A stretch of DNA of 64,000 nt, taken from positions 36,394,001 to 36,458,000 of the forward strand of contig OX597817.1 of the NCBI GenBank assembly GCA_951406725.2, in the 5' to 3' direction. The notes below the pieces were generated by a model. The model ran no database searches and had not been told where the DNA came from. It worked only from the letters and a program-made list of their open reading frames with translations. Each line of letters opens with the position of its first letter. Within the stretch, counting starts at the first letter, position 1. This DNA is from Octopus vulgaris. Taxonomy: Eukaryota. A program made the position numbers and the translations under genes. Shown one piece after another: positions 27,687-40,891 of the stretch.

Positions 27687-28020
27687 GCATGGCTCAGTGG
27701 TTAGAGCGTCGAGCTTACGATCGTGAGGTTGTGAGCTCGAATCCCGGACCGGGCTGCGTGTTGTGTTCTTGAGCAAGGCACTTTATTTCACGTTGCTCCA
27801 GTTCACTCAGCTGTAGAAATGAGTTGCGACGTCACTGGTACCAAGCTGTATCGACCTTTGTCTTTCCCTTGGATAACACTGGTGGCGTGGAGAGGGGAGG
27901 CTGGTATGCATGGGCGACTGCTGGTCTTCCATAAACAACCTTGCCCGGACTTGTGTCTAGGAGGGTAACTTTCTAGGTGCAATCCCATGGTCATTCATGA
28001 CCGAAGGGGGTCTTTACCCT
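27687..28020 (+). mobile_element. tRNA(Arg)-like-headed SINE family D with RTE-like tail
   Basis: A box tggctcagtgg, B box gctcgaatcc, core shared with family C, tail matching the RTE end at 7945-7969. Confidence 0.88.
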
Positions 28021-28109
28021 TTATTATTAAAAATTGATAACAGCCGAAGCTTTTCTTATTGAGAAAAGAGTCTAGTTGCTTAATAATATGTGACATAACT
28101 CTGTTGTAT

Positions 28110-28290
28110 TAATACAGTTCTATATTTAAGAGATGAGGAATTACGTACATTGTTTACATTATTTACAATTGACGGATATTTGTCCTCATCTTGTCTGTTG
28201 TTAACACAACGTTTCGGCTGATATACCCTCCAGCCTTTATTAGGTGTCTTGGGGAAATTTCGAACTTGGGTTCTCATTCCTAAGGTATTT
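28110..28290 (-). mobile_element. Penelope-type terminal repeat relic with hammerhead motif (28203-28248)
   Basis: Minus strand GACAC CTAATAAA GGCTG gagggtatat CAGCC GAAAC GTT GTGTT: stems I and II intact, core carries two G>A changes. Confidence 0.65.
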
Positions 28291-28291
28291 T

Positions 28292-28411
<120 letters not shown>

Positions 28412-28992
28412 TTCAGGTCACTGCCTGAATCGAATTTGGAATTTGGGGTTAGCGGTTAATGTGCGGACTACTAACCCCAAGATTCTGTTGTATTAGTTTT
28501 AAGGAGCCTACAATTCTCTATATTTGAAACTTGTCATTTTCACGCCTTGGATTAAGTTTTGTTAGCGCTGTATATAAACAAAGATTCATAAAATAAAAAG
28601 ATCTTCAAATGCTGTTTTACTTAAGTACGTTGCATAGTGAATAACTGCCATGACATCGGTTTGTTTACAAACGAAAAATAGCAGAAAAATGCATGCAGGA
28701 ACATTGTGCTAAACTTGGACATCGGTCAGCGCAGAAAAACGTTTTTAGTGGATGCAAGGGTTCTTCCTCTTATTAAATGATTTATCTATAATCTATCCCA
28801 TTCTTGTCTATTTTAGGCATGCCTGCAATATATAAAGACAACTTATAATATTTTAACATTTTATGACACTGTTCGTTAAAATTATGGGAAAGCGGTAAGA
28901 AAATGAACAAACTAAAGAATTTCAATAAAAGTATATTTCGTTTTTGGATTTGGTTTGCAAGACTCTTTATATGAGTTCGTGTGTTGAAGAAT

Positions 28993-29243
28993 ATTCTGTT
29001 GTGTCTGTGGAGAGCCATTTTCTTTCTGTTCCTCACATTCACCGGTAAAATTTTCACTTATTTCTTATTTTTATTTTCCTAAAAGACTATTGAAAAAGGT
29101 TGCAAGACGCAACGAAATTATTGGGACAGTTTTTACGAAAATTTTAGGGAAATAAAAATAAGAAATAAGTGGAAATTTTACCGGTGAGCGTGTTAAATTA
29201 TAAGGCACAAAAAGAAAATTACTCTCCCCAGGCACAACAGAAT
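28993..29243. repeat. Inverted repeat with a hammerhead-like half motif in the spacer
   Basis: Arms 28993-29084 / 29142-29243; spacer holds GTTGC aagac GCAAC GAAA. Confidence 0.8.
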
Positions 29244-29502
29244 CAAAATGTACAATTTCAGTAAATATGTACAAATGTGCAAATGTTCCGATGTTTACGG
29301 TACATAAATTGAATTATGAGTGACAGATTCTAGTAAGAAACGTACAAAATTCGAACAAACAAATATCAATGACTGGTGTGTATATTTATCCTATTATATA
29401 TATAATTAATAATATCAGGGTAATAAAAATTTTAGAAATGTTTACTACCTGTGGCCTAGCGTTTAGAAAAATTAGTCAATAGACTATATATTATTTATAT
29501 AA

Positions 29503-30145
29503 AAACAGTGTATATTTAAACACATAAGAGGTATCTGTCATTAGGATTCCTTTCACGCTAGAAGGTACAGCTAAAGTCCAAACCACTATTAGGGATAAAA
29601 ACTCGAAGAGAATAAAAAATAGAAACATTTACTATCAATCTCCTGGACCATGATTTCAGACTTTTTTTAGCAAAGAAAATAATTTGCTAGGCGAAGTCTT
29701 CTTCAACAGGTACGCCTAGATTAAACATAAGTACTAGAAAAATCCAGCATGTGCCTCTTGCTTATACACTATAATTTTTCAAATCCATCGTGCAAGCGCA
29801 GTATTTTGTCAGGAGCCAAAAAAAAATAACAACAAAAATACCGACATTTCTTTGCGGTGGATTTGAAAATATATAATGTATAATCAAGAGGCACATGCTG
29901 GATTTGCCACGTACTTATATACTTAATCTAGTCGTACCTGTTGAAGAAGACTTCGCCGAGCAAATTATTTTATTTGCTAAAAAAGAGTCTGAAAACATGG
30001 TCCAGAATTTTGGTGGTAAATGTTTATATTTTTCATTCCTTTCGAGTTTTTATCCCTAATAGTGGTTTGGACTTCAGCTGTTTCTTCTAGCGTGAAAGGA
30101 ATCCTAATGACGGATACCTCTTACGTGTTTAAATGTACATTGTTT
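29503..30145. repeat. Long inverted repeat, about 290-bp arms
   Basis: Arms about 29503-29796 and 29850-30145 are reverse complements (taggattcctttcacgctagaag / cttctagcgtgaaaggaatccta). Confidence 0.93.
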
Positions 30146-30928
30146 ATATATATATATATATATGCATGTATGTATGTGTATATATAATATTTACATATAC
30201 ATATATATACATACACATATAAACATGCATATATGCCCACGCACAAACACACACACACACTTTTATATATACATACATATATATATTTGCATGTATTTAT
30301 GAATCTATCTCTATCTATATGTGTGTATATCCTTCCGGTTATTTATGGCCTTGCCCAGGTTTATTAATGCCTAAAATAGATACAATCAGAAGAATTCGGT
30401 ACATTTCGGGTAAATTACTTTAAAAAGATTCTGTCAATGTTCAGCTCGTCCAAGCATATTGATTCACTCAGATATGTTGTATAGAAGCATTCCAAAAATG
30501 GTTCAATCTGAGCTTCATGAGAAAGGAGCGAAAATACAAAACTAAAATACACTTATAAAATACAAAATACAAATACAAAACACAGATTCTGCAATGAAAC
30601 TCATATATTTTTTACTTTCTAGGAAAACATGTTTCTTCCCAAAATACTTTACTGCATTACATAATTACAATTAATGTATATTTCTATATTCAGTAACATT
30701 TTTCCATGATTTATTGCAGCGCTTGCAGTGCAATAGGATATTATTAGTTTCTCTGTATCGAACTAAAAGAACAAATTTCAGGGAAAGTGACTTAACCTGA
30801 AATGTACTCCATGAAATAACATGCGTCTATGCAAAATTCCAGCTACGTAGAAGCAAAACTGTGGCCTTAAATTTGGGCCATATACACTTATATTTTACTA
30901 TTGCTGTTTCTGTATACACACACAGACA

Positions 30929-30960
<32 letters not shown>

Positions 30961-31074
30961 TACGTATGCATGCCAGCTAGCATATATGCAGATATACAAA
31001 CTGCATTCCAGAAGTATTGGGACATTTTTTTACGAATGGCAGTAATGATTTTTCTTAGATTATTGTAATTTTCA

Positions 31075-32006
31075 CCCCTTAATGGATCAATTATTTTGAC
31101 ATGGTGTTTCATTTCAGAGCATATTTTTTTATTTCGTTTTTTAATCATATACACAGTGTTAATTACAAAAAAGTTTTTTTTTTATCTTGTTTCCTTTATT
31201 TTTTATTATAGTAATTAAAATGTACTTTTACTCATTTGGATTTAAATGAGTTAACTCGGACATTGAAAAATACATATAACTTAACTATCTTCGATTTTTT
31301 ATAAGCCGTATTGCTTTTAAATCAAAGGAAATTTTTTTTTTAAATGAAATAGACAGTTTATTTAGAATGATAATTTTTTAAAACAAGGAGTTACACACAA
31401 AATTATCTTGCAGACATCACACATGTATCTGCTTTCTCTTCGAATCTTCTTTCCTTTAGCATCTCTCTTCTCTGCGCATTTTGCACACTGTCTTGTCAGG
31501 ATCTTTTTCTTGTCACTTGGTGGTATTTCCATGGGAAAGTGACCAGCTGGGGCAAATCTTGTTGGATGTGGGATGTTTAATTCATCTCCAGAGCTTTCCA
31601 GATCGTGAAATGAAAAATCGCTTTCATGATCGCTGAATATATCTAAATCTTCATCCATTTTGAGAAAAGAAAATACGTAAATAATTCTCTTATTTGTATA
31701 TATAATAGAGAATCAAAACGCGACGGTTCTAAAATGACATCAACCTCCTCCTGAATCTGAATATGCACTGAAGTAAAAGTTCAAAACCCAGAAGCATAAA
31801 TTCTTTGAAATGGCGCCCGTATATATGTGCTGCCAGGGGTACCACAACGCGAGTAAATTCGTGATTGCTCAAAAATGAAACGACACAAAACAAATAAACT
31901 CGTTTAAGTGCTAAAATTAAAAGTAAATTTTGACCGAGTATACCCGTCTGGTTCTAAAAGATACATTTGCGATGCACGAGTAAACTCGGGATAATCCATT
32001 GAGGGG
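31075..32006 (-). mobile_element. piggyBac internal-deletion derivative
   Basis: TIRs ccccttaatggat / atccattgagggg, flanked by ttca (mutated) and ttaa; encodes the piggyBac cysteine-rich domain. Confidence 0.88.
31362..31658 (-). CDS. piggyBac mini-ORF: acidic N-terminus fused to the C-terminal cysteine-rich domain
   Basis: 98 aa; MDEDLDIFSDHESD...; HFP...RQCAKC...RRESRYMCDVCKIILCVTPCF; expression unknown. Confidence 0.6.
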   Translation of the reverse strand: MDEDLDIFSDHESDFSFHDLESSGDELNIPHPTRFAPAGHFPMEIPPSDKKKILTRQCAKCAEKRDAKGKKIRRESRYMCDVCKIILCVTPCFKKLSF

Positions 32007-34230
32007 TTAATAACTCGTTACTGTACATCTAATAAGTTGAAAGACCAATTGATTTTTTCTTCCAGGTTGAAGGGAACGGCTGTAACAGCACTTTGGACGC
32101 ACTCTGCTAAACACTGCTTCTCACAATTCCATACTAGCTATTCACAGAGATGGGCGTCAAAACTGTTCCTCACCCTCCCTACGGTCCAGAACTTGCTCCC
32201 CGTCACGTCTGATTGTTGCCAAGTTGAAAAAGAAAATGAGGGGCAACCATTTTGATGGAACTGAGAAGATAGAGGTTGTGACAAGGTTCCTGGACACTCT
32301 CAAATTAGAGGACTTCCGAGAGACTGGAGGGCTACAAGTGAATTAAAATCAGAAAATACTACTTTGAAGGAATAGAGTTTCGTAATTCCTTGAAATAAAT
32401 AAATGTCACCCCTGAAAAAGTATCAAAACTTCTGGAATGAACTTCGTACATGCATACATGCATAGATAGATAGATAGATAGATAGATACATTCATACATA
32501 CATATATACATACATAGACACATACATACATATGTAGGTAGGTAGGTAGGTAGGTAGGTAGGTATATAGATAGGTACGTACGTACGTATGTATGTCAGTC
32601 AAATCGTATTATTTAAAATTTCACAGAACTAAGAGAAATATTTCCGATCATTCGGATGCCTGGTTGCAACTCGCAGAGTCAAGCATGCGAACGACTAAGA
32701 ATGCTTTTCACTCATCTGTTTAGAATTTGAATTAAAATAGCATTACTTGAAGTAATATTATTTTGACTGAAACTAATACATATGATTATGTATTACGTAA
32801 CATGAAATATCATTTTCCATTTTTTATGTTCCTATACACGGGTATTTCATATGTGACACATAACAGTCAAATACCCATGAACATATTCACTCCTGAAAAA
32901 AAAAACAGCACAAAATATACTACTAACTATGATCTCATCTAGAATGAGTCTCTTCATGGCTGTCCTATATTTGGCCAACCTGTCGCTAAATGAAACCCAG
33001 AACAATAAAATCTACGTATTTTATAGAAATATTCTTCATTAATATGAGCAATTGATTATAAAATCAATAAGATAGCATAGATATTGAACTTGGAATTATT
33101 TCTGACATTTTTACAAGATAAATTAGAGAATTTTATGCTTTTTATGTGAAAATAAAAAGGAAGATACGTAAAAAAAAATAGCTGTGTATTTACAAAATGG
33201 TCGTTCAAATATTTTGTAGAACATCTTACCGTGCGTTTCAGAGAACTCCAGCTACTTTGGCTAATGATCACCTAAAGAATGTGAATTAAAGGTAGAGTAC
33301 ACCTCTGCATTGCGATAGAAAACTATTTCTGATCATAAAAATGTGTTGATTTGTAACTTTGAGAAATTGGAGGGAAACAACACTAATTAAAGATTTGAAA
33401 AAGATAGGAGAGTAATCGTAAATATTTTGAATTAAAAGAGACTATTTGAAGCTCAACCTTATTGCATGAGAAAATGCTTCTTGCAACACCAATTTGTACA
33501 GAAAATGAATATTGCAAAAATAAACTAATTGGTAGTTATTTCATGCATTCTGCTCTTTGTAACTCTGACGATTATCACACTACACCACACTTAATGTAAT
33601 ATTAATTAACGCTTTCAACCCCAACGCCCTCTAGCCTTTTCTGTTTTTTTCAAAGCCTTTAATTTTACATTTTTCAGCTAAATTAAATTTCAGCTCTTTT
33701 TTTTCTTTGCAACAATAAATAATGTTCTTTGAAGGCATCTTAGAATTTTGCACACGAATAAATCTAACTTTATCCTCCACTTGATCCTGATCAAATGTAT
33801 CTAAACACGTCCTTGGCAATTTTAAAATACATTTATAAAGGGAATGTTCTTCATATCAATACTTTACTCTGTGTATTCGTTCCGATTAATGAATACTCGT
33901 TCTGAAAATATGGTTATCGTATGTTTGGTTATCATAACAGATGTGTTTTTATGCTGTATGCGATTAAAGACATACTCTATCACAGTGTATTTTCTAAGGC
34001 CTGAAATCCAATTCAATTATTGAATGAAATGAAATCATGCAAACAAGAATAAATGAATAAAGCTGCATCGATGACTTACACGCCGAAATTGTTTCAGATA
34101 TCTATAGTGCAATAGCAAATACATTTGTACTGTCATACACACATGATACATACATATATACACACATAAATACATACATACATGCGTGCATGCATACATA
34201 CATACATACATACATACATGCATACATACA

Positions 34231-34768
34231 TGGTGGCTGCCCCCTCATTATCGAGTATGGCCATTGCCCGAAGCTTAATCAATGTTGTTATCGTGCAATG
34301 CCTGTGGAAGAAGATTTTTTTTAAAGTGAGGAAAGGCTGTGCACTGAGTCAATCCCACTCACTAAGCAACAGCAGCCATAATCCGAAAAGAAGAACAAGT
34401 CAACATCATCGGTAACCACTGAGCCGCAGATTTTATGTCGGAGTTATCCCAGTTACCTTCTCCTCAAGGGATGCCCTAACAAAGTCCTTCACTCCCAATG
34501 GTTTAACCGCGCTATCGGGTATTCAGTGCGATTATTTCTATGTCCCCGCGCATGATACAGCCCTAAGACATTTATTGGATGGCCGTTGACTCTCAAGAGT
34601 TCCTCCGCCCTTTGACGGGTTTTGTTTTTCATCCCGCAGGGTGTCCAATAAACACTCTCCTCACCAAGCAAGCTTGGTGTGGTTTCCGGTTTAGTCGCCG
34701 ACGACCCGACCATGCAACAGGTTGTACTGGGTTACATGTTACAAGTAGCACTGGAAAGTGACCTGACA
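34231..34768 (-). mobile_element. Non-coding retroelement with RTE-like ends (family E)
   Basis: Reverse complement of 58254-58933; no ORF; flanked by (TACA)n on both sides. Confidence 0.75.
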
Positions 34769-35921
34769 CATACATACATACACACATACATACATACATA
34801 CATACATACATACATACATACATACATACATACATACATACATACATGCATACATACATACATACATACATACGTACGTACATACCATGCATGTAAATTT
34901 TTGGTCAAGCTGGTGGTAAGTAAAAACAACATGTACGTATTTAAAAGTAATATTCTTCATCAATGTGAGCCGTTGATTAGAGAAGCAATATGATAGCGTA
35001 GAAATGGCACATACATGCATGCAGACGTTCGTACATGTGACGTCATGTATTGTTAAGCGGGAATTAGAGGGTAACGCTATTCTTTCGTATTATGAATACT
35101 GTCCCCTAAAACAGTGTATTCAAGCCATGTCAAAATAAAATTTAAGAAAAAGATTCTTTATGTTTTTCAAACAAATGGAAACAAGCACCATGTTGGAAAT
35201 GGTCACAGTGAGCCAACTCAGCTACTGAAAAAATAACACAGATTACAATTGCATAGATCATGATAAGATAGGAATCCGGAATCAGCTGTCACAGGTCGTG
35301 AAGTTACAAAGAGAATTCCCACTAAACATTCAAACTGAATCAAGTTCTTGAGATTGGGTTCATGAAAAGCATAAATAGCTCGAGGGATGTAATAACCAAT
35401 AAATTGCATTTACGGCGAAGAAACATGCTGCTTTACTTAGAAAAAAATCTGTCACCAAAACATGCACGATAAATAAGTGTGAACAAACCAGCAGATTTTT
35501 CACTTGGGGAAATAGCAAAAAATATGGGAGAACACGAAGGTGAAAACCGTAAATAATAAGTCACTGACAGAACTGTCAACATTGCATGGACACGTAGAAA
35601 TGAGTGAAAAGTATAAATAGTTCAAACACAACTCATAGCATAATTTATGCACAGCATCACGAATTACATCAACACATTATTCTATGAAAGGAATGTTATA
35701 ACACGAGTGGTCAGAAAAAACCTACTGATGAATGTTGTTACTGATGAATGTTGTTAGGTACTAAAGATTACATAGCATATGACATCACCAATAAAACGCT
35801 TCTAACGTTTGTCGCTCAACTATCATTAGGAAATCGTATACGTGATGTACGATAGTCGGTTGTACACTTAAATAGCTCTTATTGTCCAGTAAGTATACGC
35901 ATAGAAATGTATATACACACG

Positions 35922-36065
<144 letters not shown>

Positions 36066-36068
36066 CGA

Positions 36069-36150
36069 GAGCAAGCACATAAATGAAACAAGGTGGAAAA
36101 AATAGTACTCGAATACCAGAGGCAGAGTAATATGCTTTATTAAAATAAAG
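36069..36150 (-). mobile_element. Fragment of the hammerhead-bearing repeat at 49947-50095
   Basis: aagcacataaatg..aaacaaggtggaaaaa..gagtaatatgctttatt shared with 49955-50019. Confidence 0.7.
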
Positions 36151-37994
36151 TATGTATATATATATATAATCCTTTTCCTCTTCGTCTGTCCACAATGCAT
36201 TCTCAAACGACTCAACCAAATCAAATGAAGTTTTACATGATGATACTATCATTCCTCGTGAGTATCAACATGTAACATTTTTTGTCATTTGGATTAAAAC
36301 AATGCAACATTGGCACTGGTTCGGTATTATGTGTCAAAAGCCAAAGAATAACAGTGAAAAATAAGATCTATTTTGTAATGTGATATATTGTTTCAGTTTT
36401 ATACCTTTACTTTTCTTCCTAACCATGACGACGAACACGTCACATTTTGTATATAACTGTGTATCTGTCTGTGAGTGTAAGAGTGTGTATATATTTCACA
36501 GTGTGTGTCTTTCCACGTTAGATACGTTATTAAACATACTACATCTATGTGAGGGCTGGTCAGTGTCAAAAGGAAATTTTCATTTCGATTAAAACAATAT
36601 AACATTCCATAGAGATAATTTTTCTATTGTCAACAGGACATATTATACCACGACGACAACGATATCACATTTTGTACCTGACTGTGTATCTGCCTGTGGG
36701 TGTATGTGTATAAGATTCTAAATTCAACACTTCATGAATGACGTAATGATGGTGTTGATTGAAGGGCAGTCAAAATAGTAGTTTTATGGCCGAAAGGTTA
36801 AATTGAAACACTATGGAAAAATGTTTGCAAATACGTAGACACATGCATATGTATAAAGTTTTATGAGTAGGGATGTATACATATGCGTGTATGTATATTC
36901 ATGTATACATAAAATTACACTCATACACAGGTTCATTTGTATTCACACACTGATGCACGTAATCCAATATTATACAGAAATAAAAAAATTGTTTTTATGT
37001 TTTTTGCTAGGTTTTAGTTCAAACAGCACATTGTTGTGACAAAATATTTCAACTTATGAACCGTTAGACATAAGCCCTTGTACCCGAGGAAAAGAAAAAG
37101 AAACTTTCAGTGGCATCTGATTTCTTGGGGGCACAAAATGGAAGAATTGTGATCATTAGGTTACTAATATTTTACAAATAAATTGTCACCAGTTGTGATG
37201 ACTAGGAAAACGAAAGGAACTTCACATATACATACACTTATGTATAGAGGAGATGCACATAAAAGCCACATACACACTTACACTCGAAAAAGTATGAGCC
37301 CCCCCCCCCCATACACGTATATTTACATACGCAATCAAATAAATACAAACAATTCGTTTAGAAACGGCCGTAAAGCTGAAGTTATGAATGGCATGTTTTC
37401 ATTAGATCTCATTCTACCACAAAAATATTCCTCTATGTGCTTTCGTATTACCATGACTCCCTATGTCTTTTTCTCTCTACAATTCGCTCTCACCACCACC
37501 AGCCACTTTAATTTAATCTCTCTCTCAGATATATATATATATATATTGATATGTCTATAGCATAAACGTATGTATATATACTCAAGCAAATTTGGGAATA
37601 AGTAAATTAGACAGATCAATAAATAAGTATATCAAATACATGAAATACAAAATATGTATATATTTACATATATAAAACGGCCTAGCTGATACGGAGTACA
37701 TATGATATAGAAAATTAAAAGGGTGGACGAAACCCGATGCTGTTTCTGGAGGCTCGACAATCCATTATAATGTTTGTAGATTATTTTCATCGGCGACTAC
37801 AGCCGTATGGATGCATTTAACATAGGATGAGAACGTTTAGATCTCATCTGTGAACAAAACATATATATACATACACATACGAGCCTTCGCAATGAGAATT
37901 GGCTGAATCTCGAAACGTTAAGAAATAATTAAGCATATTTCAGTTTCTCCTCATAACTTTGGGTTATTTCTACATACGCACTTGTTCGAACACA

Positions 37995-38061
<67 letters not shown>

Positions 38062-38279
38062 TCACACACATGCTCGCAGTCACACACATACACAAACGGA
38101 CGGTATACCACTTGAAAAATATGCATTATCCACGTGACGTTGTAATGGTCTTATGATTTACTTTATATTTACTTGTTTCAGGCATTAGACTACAGCCATG
38201 CTGGAGCATCGCTTTGAAAAGTCTTTTAATCAAATTTATTTCCCATATAATTTGCATTTCATACTCATGACTCCAATGT

Positions 38280-38337
<58 letters not shown>

Positions 38338-38844
38338 TACACACACAAACACATAAATATATACCTTATGCACGTATATATTTACACATGCATAAATACA
38401 TGCATGTTATTACATATACAAATTATCCCTTTAATCTTAGTTTTATGTCCCACTCCCACTGTCCATCACGCCTCCTCTCTAGATGTGTGTGTGTGTGTGT
38501 GTATGAATAAATATATTTTATTTTAGATACACGGTATCAAAAACACCTAAAGGCTTATATCTTAAACGAAACATACATGATTTTGAGTGGAACAGCTTCG
38601 TGTTTCTAGTTGTACCATGTAAATTAAAACAACTCCTTTTCGGTTTTTGTGCCGGAAGACAAATAGAAGATATTCGAATCATACAACGTATTTTACGAAG
38701 AACGAAATGCATACAATACATGTAAATATTAAATGGATATCTTCTTCCTTTTAAGTCTTTTCGGAGCGTGCGCATAAGATATTGCACGAACCTGTTTCAT
38801 CAAAGTCAGATTTAACGTGTGTTTGACACTATAAATTTATTATA

Positions 38845-40098
38845 ACAGGTCATCCCATGAGTTATGTCCGATCTTACCTTTTTTAAAATTGAATGAAATT
38901 TAATAGTATTTTAGAATGTCTAATGGAATTAAAAATGCTTTTATGCTTCTGTGTACATTTAAACGAATTAAATATTATTTTACAGAATAATAGAATTAAA
39001 ATTTCTTTGATTAAAACCCTTTCTAGCATGGCGGTATCCAAAGAGCATTTGAGGCACATAATGATTTATGAGTACAAAACAGAAAGCGACTCGAAAAATA
39101 CACTCAGTTTATTGGAAAGAATGCTTGAATGAAAGAATTTGCAGATGGTTTGCAAAATTCAGAAGTGGAGATTTCGACCTTGAAGATGAAGATCGAAGAG
39201 GACGTCCAGTTAAGTTTGATGATAAGCTCCTCGAGGCATTACTTGAAGAAAATCCTGCATTATCAGTTAAAGAATTGGCAAGAATGCTTAGTTCATCGTC
39301 ATCTTCAACAACTTGGAAAGATTCCTAAACTTGGAAAATAGGTGCCTCATGAATTGTCTGAAAGCAACCGCAAATCCTGAGTTGACATATGTTCTTCTCT
39401 CCATTCTGGCGAACTCATTTTACCCTTTTTGGATAGATTTGTGACTGGTAACGAAAAATGGATCTTCTATCGAAATGTTAAATGTCGTAAACAGTGGCTT
39501 GGTGAAAGGGAAAAAGCTCAACCACAACCGAGAAGGGTACTTCATGGGAAAAAGGTTATTCTCTCTATCTGGTGAGATTGCAAAGGAGTAATTCACTTTG
39601 AATTGTTACCACCTAATGCAACAATCAATGCTCAAGTCTACTGTCAGCAATTAGAGCGTTTGAACCAAGCTTTGAAGGAAAAATGACCCGCTTTAGTGAA
39701 TCGAAAAGGAGTGATGTTTCATCAGGACAATGCCCGACCCCACTCTGCAAAGATCATATCACAGAAGGTCGAAGAGCTTGGTTGGGAAAAAATTCGTCAT
39801 CCACCTTATTCTCCCGACCTTGCTCCTTCAGACTACCATTTGTTTCGTAGTTTGCAGAATAATGTGGTTAGACATAACTTTCGCAAGCCAAGAGGAGGTC
39901 GAAACTGACATTTCAGAGTTCTTCGCTTTGAAACCAAAAGAGTTTTACATTGATGGGATTAAAAAGCTTATAAATAGATTGAAGGAAGTCATAGATAATC
40001 AGGGAAAGTACATTGATGATTAAATTTGAATTAAATATAACATTTGATCACTTATTTTCTTTATTCAAAATTCGGACAGAACTTATGGGATGACCTAA
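38845..40098 (+). mobile_element. Near full-length mariner (DD34D) transposon, inactive
   Basis: TIRs aggtcatcccatgagttatgtccga / tcggacagaacttatgggatgacct, TA flanks, 1254 bp. Confidence 0.96.
39028..40023 (+). pseudogene. Mariner transposase pseudogene
   Basis: MAVSKEHLRH, WFAKFRSGDFDLEDEDRRGRP, VTGNEKW, HQDNARPH, YSPDLAPSDYHLF; several stops and frameshifts. Confidence 0.95.
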
Positions 40099-40354
40099 TA
40101 ACTGTTACTGTCAGTCATTTTATTGAGAGAGGATTAAGTCGTTACCATCGGATCTAGGACTCGACAGATATTTTTTTTCTTTATTAACTCCAGAGTGTAA
40201 ATGCAAATTTGAACGGCAACGTTTACATTTGAGGGTTTTAATATAGAATATAAATCCTGAGCAAGTGGATATCAATTTTCCCAACGTTCTAACGACTCTA
40301 CCCGATGAGCTGCTTTCATAATGGTGACAATGATTCAAGACTTTGAAATAATCA

Positions 40355-40891
40355 TTCTTCTTCTTCTTCTTCTTCTTCTTCCCCCTCCTCTTCCCCCTCC
40401 TCTTCCTCCTCTTCCCCCTCCTCTTCCTCCTCCTCGTTCTCCTCTTCTCCCTCCTCTTCCTCCTCGTTCTCCTCTTCTCCCTCCTCGTTCTCCTCTTCCT
40501 CCTCCTCGTCCTCCTCTTCCCCCTCCTCTTCCTCCTCCTCGTTCTCCTCTTCTCCCTCCCCTTCCTCCTCGTCCGCCTCGTCCCCCTTCCCGTATTCTCC
40601 TCCTCCCCGTCCCCCTTCCCGTCGTCTCCTCCTCCTCGTTCTCCTCTTCTCCCTCCTCTTCCTCCTCGTCCTCCTCGTCCCCCTTCCCGTCGTCTCCTCC
40701 TCCTCATCCCCCTTCCCGTCGTCTCCTCCTCCTCGTCCTCCTTCCCGTCGTCTCCTCCTCCGTCTCCGCCTCCCCTCCACTCCTCCTTTTTTGTCTTGCT
40801 ATTATTGTTATTGTTGCTCTTTTTCTTCTTCTTCTTCTTCTTCTTCTTCTTCTTCTTCTTCTTCTTCTTCTTCTTCTTCTTCTTCTTCTTT
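40355..40891. repeat. Polypyrimidine (CTT/CCT) low-complexity tract with cryptic 21-42-bp higher-order units
   Basis: Repeating cctcctcgttctcctcttctc and cccttcccgtcgtctcct units; (CTT)n at both ends. Confidence 0.9.

Larger units (their letters stand above)
30997..32446 (+). mobile_element. Old mariner-derived MITE, interrupted by piggyBac
   Basis: Degenerate TIRs ta|caaactgcattccagaagt and acttctggaatgaacttcg|ta; EMGVKTVPHPPYGPELAP remnant at about 32147-32200. Confidence 0.8.

Noticed and set aside
27687-27755. tRNA-Arg-like gene
   Set aside because: Continues into a SINE core and LINE-like tail; acceptor stem not intact. The same applies to the other SINE heads
36280-36712. Imperfect direct repeats (about 36423-36490 versus 36648-36712)
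   Set aside because: Old local duplication with no ribozyme, TSD or coding signal
37881-37923. gag...ctc GAAAC GTT aag hammerhead-like 3' half
   Set aside because: Core too degenerate (cgcaatga) to support a call
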